Assembly: GCA_031372065.1 (NCBI GenBank) | Contig: JANMKN010000097.1 | Span: 1 to 10,399 of the forward strand | DNA length: 10,399 nucleotides | DNA from: Abditibacteriaceae bacterium | GTDB taxonomy: Bacteria; Armatimonadota; Abditibacteriia; Abditibacteriales; Abditibacteriaceae | Direction of reading: 5' to 3' | In this document: one piece after another, positions 1 through 7,792 of the stretch | Numbering within the stretch: position 1 is the first letter of the stretch | Layout of the letters: each line of letters starts with the position of its first letter | The notes under the pieces: generated by a model | Told to the model about the DNA's origin: nothing | Seen by the model: only the letters and a program-made list of their open reading frames with translations | Database searches by the model: none | Translations under genes and position numbers: made by a program

Positions 1-2
1 GT

Positions 3-1991
3 GGATGGGAAAACCGCAAAGGCATCTGCACCACTATCAAAAAGGAGTGGAATTTGTCCGCCGCCGTGCCAGAAGATTTTCAAGGCATTCCAACGGTCAA
101 TCCTCAAAAGTCGTGGTTTTTTTCATACGCAGCCAGCCGGGATGTGAATGACATTCCTTCACTATGGCAATTGGCACGCATGGTTTTTGATAGCACTCCA
201 GAGCATCTGGACAGCAAAGTTTTCAGTCGCTGCTTAGAGGTTAAACAAGTGGGTCTGGCAAAGTTGACCATGGGGATGTTTTGGCTGACTCCCAAAGGAT
301 ACATTGCTCTTGATTCTCTGATGCGCGCCTATTTTGAAGCGCGTAACATTGAAGCGGATTGGCAAGCTATTAAAGCCGGTGACGCTGACGCTTATCGCGC
401 ACTCATAAGCGATGTCCACGCAAAGTTGGGCTATAATTACCCACAAATTTCTCTGGACGCCACCAAAGATTTGGCGGCAGGTGAGATAGTGAATGTAGAA
501 CCCGGCGATGACCCCAGCGAGACACTACCACTTTTTCCTCTGAATCAAATCCTCTACGGGCCACCGGGCACTGGAAAAACCTATAACACCATCAATCGCG
601 CCGTCGAAATCATTAATGGCGAAGCGCCCCCAGACCGCAAAGAATGCGCAGCGCGATTCGAGGAATTGCGCGAAGCTGGTCAAATCGGTTTCGTGACGTT
701 TCATCAAAGTTTTTCCTACGAAGAATTCATCGAAGGCTTGCGGCCAGTAATTGACGAGGATAATGAAGGCGGTGCCCACTATAAGGTGCGAGATGGTATT
801 TTAAAGGACATGGCGTTGCGAGCAATTGAGTCGTTGTATCTGATACCATCAGCTACAGCGATGCCTGTCATTGCTTCGCCAGATTCGCAAGAACCAAATT
901 CAACGTCTTTTGATACTCTATGGGAGCGTCTCTGTGAAAAATTTCAAAATGGATTCTTGCTTGATGGCCTCACTACCAAGCATCGTTTTCACCTTACAAT
1001 CAACGGAAACTCTATAAGCGGGAAAGAGGTAAACGATAAATCTAAACCGAAATGTGAGGTAACCAAAGGTCAAGTCGCTCATATTTGGCAGAATATGAAA
1101 ATCGATCAAAGACCCGATCCGATTTCTATTTTAAGTGCCGCTGGTGCTAATCAAAAAGCTACTTACGAAAGAAAAACTAATCTTATTGGTGCAATCATAG
1201 GAGAAATGCGCCGCATGGCACAAACCCGCGTTAAAACGACTCAAGATACGCTCGACGTAAACCTCTCCACAGATTCAAATGACACATCGCCTATTTGGAT
1301 TGGCGCGGTGACGCGCTTTGTCCTTATCATTGATGAAATCAATCGCGGCAACATCTCCAAGATCTTTGGGGAATTGATTACGCTGCTCGAACCAGACAAG
1401 CGACTGGGCGAAACCAACGCATTGCGCGTGATTTTGCCGTATTCAGGTGACACTTTTGCGTTGCCGCCAAACCTCTATGTAATCGGCACCATGAACACGG
1501 CAGATAAAAGTTTGGCGCTGCTGGATGTGGCCTTGCGCCGTCGTTTCACCTTCACGGAAATTCGCCCCGACTTCACCAATGAAAGCATCTGCACCGGTCT
1601 GACACCGGCTATGCGCGCCGTGCTAATTGAACTAAACAAGCGCATTATGCTGGTGCTGGATCGGGAGCATCGCCTCGGTCATTCCTTTTTCATTGGCGTG
1701 CAATCGCCAGAGGACTTTAACACCGTTTTCGCCGACAAAATTGTGCCGCTGTTGCAAGAGTATTTTTATAACGACTGGGACGGTTTACGCAGCGTTTTAG
1801 GCGAGAAAGAGAACGGTTCAATCGTCGGCACGATGCCGCAAATCGAAGGAGTCAAAGGCCGCAATCGTTATGCATGGTGGCATGATCTCGATCAAGCCAA
1901 TCCCGATTTCCTCGCTGTGCTGTGCAAAAACTTCGGCATTGGAAATACATCAGCCAACAGCGCCAGCGACACGGAAACCACAAGCGCATGA
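3..1991 (+). CDS. mcrB: McrB-family AAA+ GTPase (type IV restriction motor subunit), 5'-truncated by the window edge
   Basis: Walker A GPPGTGKT (558-581), VTFHQSFSYEEFIEG, Walker B LIIDEINRGNISKIFGELITLLE, McrB signature MNTAD (1491-1505), ALRRRF, and GHSFF...KIVPLLQEYFY. The frame has no stop upstream of the TTG at 54 (GWENRKGICTTIKKEWNL from base 3), so the true start probably lies outside the window. Confidence 0.93.
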   Translation, partial: GWENRKGICTTIKKEWNLSAAVPEDFQGIPTVNPQKSWFFSYAASRDVNDIPSLWQLARMVFDSTPEHLDSKVFSRCLEVKQVGLAKLTMGMFWLTPKGYIALDSLMRAYFEARNIEADWQAIKAGDADAYRALISDVHAKLGYNYPQISLDATKDLAAGEIVNVEPGDDPSETLPLFPLNQILYGPPGTGKTYNTINRAVEIINGEAPPDRKECAARFEELREAGQIGFVTFHQSFSYEEFIEGLRPVIDEDNEGGAHYKVRDGILKDMALRAIESLYLIPSATAMPVIASPDSQEPNSTSFDTLWERLCEKFQNGFLLDGLTTKHRFHLTINGNSISGKEVNDKSKPKCEVTKGQVAHIWQNMKIDQRPDPISILSAAGANQKATYERKTNLIGAIIGEMRRMAQTRVKTTQDTLDVNLSTDSNDTSPIWIGAVTRFVLIIDEINRGNISKIFGELITLLEPDKRLGETNALRVILPYSGDTFALPPNLYVIGTMNTADKSLALLDVALRRRFTFTEIRPDFTNESICTGLTPAMRAVLIELNKRIMLVLDREHRLGHSFFIGVQSPEDFNTVFADKIVPLLQEYFYNDWDGLRSVLGEKENGSIVGTMPQIEGVKGRNRYAWWHDLDQANPDFLAVLCKNFGIGNTSANSASDTETTSA

Positions 1992-3325
1992 ACACTCTCC
2001 GCCTTTGCGAATGGAGTAGCGTGCGCGCCGATGCCCATTGGACGAAGGAGCGGCGCGAAGCCGTGCAAGAGGCGGCAGAAGCGTGGAAAGCAACACATAA
2101 ACTCAATGCCTTGCCCCTCGAATGGAGCGGCCCAGATGGTTGCACGCTGCGCTGCCGCCAGTGGGTCGGCGTGGTGGAAATCGAAGATGGGCGCGTCGAG
2201 ATTTATCCCAAGACCGACAAATCGCTCATCAACAAAAACGCGCCGAGCGACCAAGAAGCGCAAAGCACACTGTGCGACTTGCTACGCTTGTTAGAAGCCT
2301 CCAATTACGGCGATTGGGTCGAAACAGACCGCGCCGCGTTAAACGTGGCGGAACTGACTTTCGTTGACCTGTGGGCTTACCTTTTAGCACGCCACCTGTG
2401 GCCGCAGTTGCGGCGCGGATTACCCAGTGCGTATTTGCCACATGAAGACGAATTGAACACGGTGCGAGGACGCATTTTGGTATCGCGCCAACTGTCGCGC
2501 TTTCAAGAGCGCGTAGATCGCATAGCTTGCGCATGGGATGAATTCTCACCCGATACGGCACTGCTGCGCCTGCTCAAATGCGCCTGTCGTTTTCTGCGCC
2601 GTCGTGTTTCGCATCCTTTGGCAATGGGTTTATTGGGCGATTGTCTTTTCATGCTGGATGAGGTGGCCGAGGTGCCACCAACGGATGCTTTGCGCGCCAC
2701 AGAGCGCATGGTCTGGACACGAGCCACAGAACGCTTTCGCCCTACCTTCCAGTTAGCGCGGCGCATCTTGGCCGGACAAGGGCCGCGAATGCAAGCGGGC
2801 CACGAAAACACTTGGGTTTTTTTGGTAGATATGAATCGAGTCTTTGAAGCGTTCGTGCGCGTGGCTCTCGAAGATAAATTCAAAATCGTGGTCGAAGAAC
2901 AGCAGGATATTGGTTACCTGTTTCAACATCCATCACGCCTTAAACAACTACCGGACTATCTGTGGAACCTCGACGGTCAAGCATGGATTGGCGATGCCAA
3001 GTGGAAACTACTGGCCGGGAAACTGGCCGATGAAGAAAGCGAAGAAAGCAGCAATGACAAAGCGCGCCTCTCGCCCGCCGATGTGCGGCAGTTGACTACT
3101 TATGCCGAGCTGCTCTGGCGCAAGCACAGCAAGAAAGAGGCATTGGCTACGCGTCCGCAATTGGCCGTTTTCTATCCGGGTTTGGGTGCTACATCAACGC
3201 AGATGCATCAAACGTGGAATGACACGCGCCTTTACCTTGTGCCTCTGAATGTTAGCGAATGGGCCGTGCCCAAAGATGCCCTGCCAGATGATTTCGATGG
3301 TGCCACGAGGTCGCATCTCACATGA
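1988..3325 (+). CDS. mcrC: McrC-family PD-(D/E)xK restriction nuclease subunit (445 aa)
   Basis: McrC-type motifs QWVGVV, VEIYPK, VRGRI, DMNRVFEAFV, catalytic LPDY...IGDAKWK and DVRQLTTYA. The ATG at 1988 overlaps the mcrB TGA (ATGA), which favours it over the ORF-track start at 1922. Confidence 0.92.
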   Translation: MNTLRLCEWSSVRADAHWTKERREAVQEAAEAWKATHKLNALPLEWSGPDGCTLRCRQWVGVVEIEDGRVEIYPKTDKSLINKNAPSDQEAQSTLCDLLRLLEASNYGDWVETDRAALNVAELTFVDLWAYLLARHLWPQLRRGLPSAYLPHEDELNTVRGRILVSRQLSRFQERVDRIACAWDEFSPDTALLRLLKCACRFLRRRVSHPLAMGLLGDCLFMLDEVAEVPPTDALRATERMVWTRATERFRPTFQLARRILAGQGPRMQAGHENTWVFLVDMNRVFEAFVRVALEDKFKIVVEEQQDIGYLFQHPSRLKQLPDYLWNLDGQAWIGDAKWKLLAGKLADEESEESSNDKARLSPADVRQLTTYAELLWRKHSKKEALATRPQLAVFYPGLGATSTQMHQTWNDTRLYLVPLNVSEWAVPKDALPDDFDGATRSHLT

Positions 3326-4623
3326 CAAAAATTGTTCTTCTCGGCGCTGGAAGCTATGTTTTCGGGCCGAGTATCCTTGCACAGTTGTTTTTGGAATATG
3401 CTCTCGACGGTGTGACTTTGGCGTTGGTTGATCCAGATGTGGAACTGGCCGAACGCATGGCTGGTGTGGCAAGACGCATGGCGCGCGAGGGTGGTGTGCG
3501 CGCCACTGTGACAGTCCATAGCGAACGTCGCACCGCATTACCGGATGCTGAGTTCGTCGTCTGCGCGGTGGCGGTTCAACTCAAAGCGCGCTTTGCTACC
3601 GATTTGCAGTGCATCGCGCGCTATTATCCCGACCATTTGGTGACGGAATTCGGTGGTGTGGCGGGTATTAGCTACTCGCTGCGCCAAATTGTCATGATGG
3701 AAAGCCTGTGCGCCGATATGCGTGAGTTGTGCCCAATGGCGCGCTTGTTGAATGTCTCCAATCCGCTGCCCCGCGTGTGTCAGGCCGCTGCGGAAAGTGG
3801 CGTTGAAACCTACGGATTTTGCAGCGCATCGCTAACAGGATATAGCTTGTTATGGCGCTTGTTGACTGGCAAACGTGTGGACTATCCCTATACCGCACCG
3901 CGCGAAGCATGGCTGGCGACAATGGCCGGACTGAATCATTTTTGTTGGGTTGTGGAGTTACGCGAACGGGCAACGGGCCGCGATTTGCTTCCCGAAGTGC
4001 AAGAGCGATTGGCGCGGGGAGAGGGCACCGACAATCCGCTGTGCGAAGGCATCTCTCGTGAGACAGGTGGCTTCTTGGTGCCGCACGATGGTCATGTGCA
4101 TGATTTCCTACCACCCAGCGGGCATACGCATAGTCTTGCTGAAATGTCACATGGCGGCGCGCTCGAACGCAGTGCGCGCCTTGAATTGTTGCGACGGGTG
4201 GCCGCAGGGGAAGCCGATTGGACACCGCTCTTGGAACATGAGGCGTGGGAAAAGCCTGTTGCCCTTATCGCCGCTTTATGTGGTGGCGAGGTCGCTGAGT
4301 TACATTCGTTAAATGTGCTGAATAACGATGTGATAGCGAATCTGCCTCCGCAGGTTTTTGTGGAAGTGCCTGCTACGGTGGACAAAGATGGTATTCATCC
4401 TCGACCTTGTGTTTTGCCACCACTTGCTGAGGATTTGTGTCACCGCACTGCTGCTGTGACCGATGCCATTGTGCGCGCCGGACACACGCATAGTTCGATG
4501 GCATTGCGTGAGGCCGTCGAACTTGATCCTACCCTCGTAAACAAAACTGCCGGTTGGCAGGCACTCCAAGCCTGTGTAAATGCGCACGCTGACTTGTTAC
4601 CAGAGTTTGGGCTTACCCCATAG
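3322..4623 (+). CDS. Glycoside hydrolase family 4 (NAD+/Mn2+-dependent alpha-galactosidase/alpha-glucosidase-like), substrate unknown
   Basis: Rossmann start KIVLLGAGS, ALPDAEFV, GGVAGISYSLR, LCPMARLLNVSNP, metal-ligand Cys in YGFC, AGLNHFCW, NDVIANLPPQVFVEVP and EAVELDP. The ATG overlaps the mcrC TGA (ATGA, 3322-3325). Confidence 0.88.
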   Translation: MTKIVLLGAGSYVFGPSILAQLFLEYALDGVTLALVDPDVELAERMAGVARRMAREGGVRATVTVHSERRTALPDAEFVVCAVAVQLKARFATDLQCIARYYPDHLVTEFGGVAGISYSLRQIVMMESLCADMRELCPMARLLNVSNPLPRVCQAAAESGVETYGFCSASLTGYSLLWRLLTGKRVDYPYTAPREAWLATMAGLNHFCWVVELRERATGRDLLPEVQERLARGEGTDNPLCEGISRETGGFLVPHDGHVHDFLPPSGHTHSLAEMSHGGALERSARLELLRRVAAGEADWTPLLEHEAWEKPVALIAALCGGEVAELHSLNVLNNDVIANLPPQVFVEVPATVDKDGIHPRPCVLPPLAEDLCHRTAAVTDAIVRAGHTHSSMALREAVELDPTLVNKTAGWQALQACVNAHADLLPEFGLTP

Positions 4624-4662
4624 TGGTAATAACCGCCAAATAGTGGTAATCATAGTAGTAAT
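4620..4662 (+). repeat. Three direct repeats ATAGTRGTAAT spanning the GH4 stop and the Fic start
   Basis: ATAGTGGTAAT at 4620-4630 and 4640-4650; ATAGTAGTAAT at 4652-4662. Confidence 0.8.
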
Positions 4663-5710
4663 GAAATCCTTTGAGGCAGGCAAGGTTGGCCTTCAGCCCA
4701 TTTCGCAGACCATGTTACAAAGTGTGCGAACACTGGGGGAGTTCAAAGGCCGTCAGGTGCTTTATTTGCGACAAACACCTCATGTTTTGGATGCCTTGCG
4801 ACAAGCGGCCATTGTGCAAAGCACGGAGTCCAGTAACCGCATTGAGGGTGTAGTGGCGTCGTTCGGGCGCATACAAGCGATTGTGGCGCATCAATCACCG
4901 CCACAGAATCGCTCAGAGCAGGAAATCGCTGGCTACCGTGATGTGCTAAATACTGTTCACACCAGCTATGCTTACATCCCATTCACGCCGAATGTGGTGC
5001 GCCAACTGCACGGAGACCTCTACAAATACACCTCAACAACAGGTGGCAAATGGAAAAGTAGTGACAATGAAATAATCGAGCGCGCCGCCGATGGCACACG
5101 CGTGGTGCGCTTCCAACCAACTCCTGCATGGGCGACACCGAGCGCAATGGATGAACTGCACGGTTATTTCAACGAGGCGTCAAGCAATGGTGAAATCGAA
5201 CCACTGCTGCTCATTGCCTCTTATGTGCTGGACTTTTTGTGCATCCATCCATTTCTCGACGGCAACGGGCGTTTGTCAAGGTTGCTGACATTACTGTTGC
5301 TTTATCAGGCTGGCTACGAAGTCGGGCGCTACATAGGATTAGAGAGGATTGTCGAGGAGTCGAAAGAATCCTACTATGGTGCATTGGGGCACTCATCGCA
5401 AGGATGGCACGAAGGCCACCATGATTTGCAGCCGTGGACAGAATACTGGCTTGGCACACTGCTGGCTGCCTACCGTGAGTTGGAGGGTCGAGTTGAAACG
5501 CTCACCTCAGCGCGTGGTGCCAAGACTGAAATGGTGTTGGACGCCTTTGGGCGCTTGCCGCATGAATTTCGACTAACTGATTTGGAGCGTGCCTGCCCAC
5601 ACGTTACCCGCGACATGATCCGCGTTGTTTTGAATCGCCTCAAACAGGAAGGTCGTGTGCAAGCCGTTGGACGCGGTGCAGGTGCTGTCTGGCACAAAAT
5701 CGGAAATTGA
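4661..5710 (+). CDS. Fic-family protein (class II, N-terminal autoinhibitory motif) with probable C-terminal winged-helix domain, 349 aa
   Basis: Canonical Fic motif HPFLDGNGRLSR (5246-5281) and inhibitory (S/T)xxxE(G/N) motif SNRIEG (4832-4849). The C-terminus FRLTDLERACPHVTRDMIRVVLNRLKQEGRVQAVGRGAGAVW looks like a wHTH. The start is placed at ATG 4661 (MKSF) because the ORF-track start at 4580 overlaps GH4 and translates the repeats. Confidence 0.9.
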   Translation: MKSFEAGKVGLQPISQTMLQSVRTLGEFKGRQVLYLRQTPHVLDALRQAAIVQSTESSNRIEGVVASFGRIQAIVAHQSPPQNRSEQEIAGYRDVLNTVHTSYAYIPFTPNVVRQLHGDLYKYTSTTGGKWKSSDNEIIERAADGTRVVRFQPTPAWATPSAMDELHGYFNEASSNGEIEPLLLIASYVLDFLCIHPFLDGNGRLSRLLTLLLLYQAGYEVGRYIGLERIVEESKESYYGALGHSSQGWHEGHHDLQPWTEYWLGTLLAAYRELEGRVETLTSARGAKTEMVLDAFGRLPHEFRLTDLERACPHVTRDMIRVVLNRLKQEGRVQAVGRGAGAVWHKIGN

Positions 5711-5723
5711 TTCGGAAATTGAT
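5700..5723 (+). repeat. Perfect 12-bp tandem repeat TCGGAAATTGAT x2 over the Fic stop codon
   Basis: Copies at 5700-5711 and 5712-5723. Confidence 0.85.
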
Positions 5724-5926
5724 CGTGTTGTTCATAACAAATTTGCTGCTTGTTTCGTGGTGTCCACAGGGCGAGAGACATTCGGAAGTGGAACTCATTC
5801 TTGATATGGTTGATTACTATGGGCAGGAGCTAAGTTTGCCCTTCCACTTCAAGAACGCAAACGGTGCGCTAAGGTCTATAATATTGTAAGCCAGTTTGAG
5901 TGGCTGAGAGATAAAAAAGGATTTCG

Positions 5927-7696
5927 ATGCGCGCTTCTCATTTTGTCATTTTCACATTGGGAATATTGGGCCTACAGTCTCCTCATTTGTCTGTGGCCCA
6001 AAGCGTGGCAGCGTCCTCAACAGGAACGCTGTCGAAACTGCCGGTGCGCGAAGTGACCATTTTCAAAGATGGTCATGCTTTTGTGTTACACGAAGGCGCG
6101 TTGCCCGTTGATACCAACGGCGAACTGGTGCTGGATAATCTGCCAACGCCCGTAGTGGGCACGTTTTGGCCTTATCAAGTGAATGGAAAATTGCGCGGTG
6201 TGGTGGCGAGTCGCGAGCCTGTAACCACACAACGCACAGCGCTTTCGGTTTACGAATTATTGAAAGCCAACGTGGGCACCGACGTTACTATTGTCGAAAC
6301 GCCGGAGCGGCGCTTCGATGCGAAGATTTTGGACGTGCCGCAACCTCCGCCAAGTGATGCTGCTGTCGAAGGAACTCCACCGAATCGCTACGAACGCTCT
6401 GTTATTGAGGGGGCACCCCAGCAACCCGAAGTCATTTTGTTGCAAACCAATGAGGGTGTGTTAGCCCGACCTTTGAACTCGATTACGCAAGTCATTTTTA
6501 AGAATGCGCCTCAGAAAACGGTGGCGACACCTGAGTTTCGCAATCTCCTACGTTTGCAATTAGACGGAGCCAAGCGGCCCACCGGAGAAGCCGTGCAAGT
6601 CGGAATGGTTTATTTGCAAAAAGGCTTGCGTTGGATTCCCAGTTACCGATTGGCTTTGGATGGAAAGGGACACGCCAACGTCAAGATGCAGGCGACTCTG
6701 GTCAACGAGTTGGTAGATTTGCAAAATGCAACCGCCAACCTTGTCATTGGCGTGCCCTCCTTTGCTCTTAAAGACACTATAGACCCATTGGCACTGCAAA
6801 ACACCTTTGCACGTTTATCGCCGCTTTTCGATCCGGCCTCGCGCAGCGCCGGTGCCTTTTCTAACGCTTTGCAAGCACAGATAGCGTCGAATTCCTACGC
6901 GCGCATCAATGATAATGCTAATGAACAACCGGGCAATGCGGCGGGTATCGCGGACAGCGGCAACACCGAAGATTTTTTTGTTTTCACCGCCAAGAATCTC
7001 TCACTACGCAAAGGCGAGCGCATGGCGTTTCCACTGGCTCAATACGATCTTTCCTATCAAGACATATACACTCTTGAAGGCGCGGCAAAACCGCCCGTTG
7101 AGGTCTACCGTAGTCTTAACTACGAGCAACAAAACACCATTAACAAATCGCTGACTTCGCCCAAAGTCATGCACCAAATTCGCTTGCTGAACACTGGCAC
7201 GCAACCTTTGACCACGGCCCCGGCGCTTATTGAGAGCAACGGGCGTTTATTAGCTCAAACTCTGATGACCTATACCGCCAGCGGCGGGCGTAGCGACCTT
7301 GATTTGGCGCCCGCCGTTGATGTCACAGTCAAGCGCCTTGAAACCGAAACCAAACGCACGCCCAATGCACTCAAATGGCGTGACGACAATTATACCCGTG
7401 TTGATGTGGGAGGCCGTCTGGTGATTACCTCGTATCGCAACGAGCCGATAACTTTGGAGCTAACGCAGCAGTTCATCGGCACCGTTGATAGCGCCGAGCA
7501 GAAAGGAGTTATCCGCAAGCTCGGATTGGGCGATGATGACGGTGAATCCGCCGACGCAAACGTCCCCACATGGTGGAACTATAACTCTGGTGATTGGCGT
7601 GCCGTTAACGGATTGAGTTCGGTGAAATGGACTGTCACTTTGCCGGCCAAAAAGAGCATGGAAATTCCCTATAGCTACCACTATTTTTGGCGCTAA
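5927..7696 (+). CDS. Exported protein, DUF4139/DUF4140-like (function unknown), 589 aa
   Basis: Long clean ORF with AAGGA upstream and a Sec-like signal peptide (MRASHFVIFTLGILGL...SVA/Q). It has an N-terminal VREVTIFKDGHAFV, a central YLQKGLRWIPSYRL...ATLVNE and a C-terminal WTVTLPAKKSMEIPYSY, resembling DUF4139-type proteins. Confidence 0.6.
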   Translation: MRASHFVIFTLGILGLQSPHLSVAQSVAASSTGTLSKLPVREVTIFKDGHAFVLHEGALPVDTNGELVLDNLPTPVVGTFWPYQVNGKLRGVVASREPVTTQRTALSVYELLKANVGTDVTIVETPERRFDAKILDVPQPPPSDAAVEGTPPNRYERSVIEGAPQQPEVILLQTNEGVLARPLNSITQVIFKNAPQKTVATPEFRNLLRLQLDGAKRPTGEAVQVGMVYLQKGLRWIPSYRLALDGKGHANVKMQATLVNELVDLQNATANLVIGVPSFALKDTIDPLALQNTFARLSPLFDPASRSAGAFSNALQAQIASNSYARINDNANEQPGNAAGIADSGNTEDFFVFTAKNLSLRKGERMAFPLAQYDLSYQDIYTLEGAAKPPVEVYRSLNYEQQNTINKSLTSPKVMHQIRLLNTGTQPLTTAPALIESNGRLLAQTLMTYTASGGRSDLDLAPAVDVTVKRLETETKRTPNALKWRDDNYTRVDVGGRLVITSYRNEPITLELTQQFIGTVDSAEQKGVIRKLGLGDDDGESADANVPTWWNYNSGDWRAVNGLSSVKWTVTLPAKKSMEIPYSYHYFWR

Positions 7697-7792
7697 TGCA
7701 ATACGAATCCAAGGGGGCACTTTGGCAATTCAACGTGTCCATTGTGCTTATCTTCCCAAGGTCGGCCCTGAAACAGCACAAGAAATCTCGTC

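Noticed and set aside
54..56. TTG at 54 as the mcrB start
   Set aside because: AAGGAG lies just upstream, but the frame is open to the window edge and the sequence appears to be mid-domain, so an upstream start is more likely. Not fully excluded.
1922..1987. Longer N-terminus for McrC from the ORF track
   Set aside because: It overlaps mcrB by 70 nt. ATG 1988 gives a standard ATGA coupling and an McrC-like start (LRLCEW).
4580..4660. Longer N-terminus for Fic
   Set aside because: It overlaps the GH4 3' end and merely translates the direct repeats (IVVIIVV).
5707..5889. 60-aa ORF after Fic as a small membrane protein or lipoprotein
   Set aside because: TTG start inside the tandem repeat, no RBS, no convincing lipobox and no recognisable family. 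It cannot be supported, though it is not disproved.
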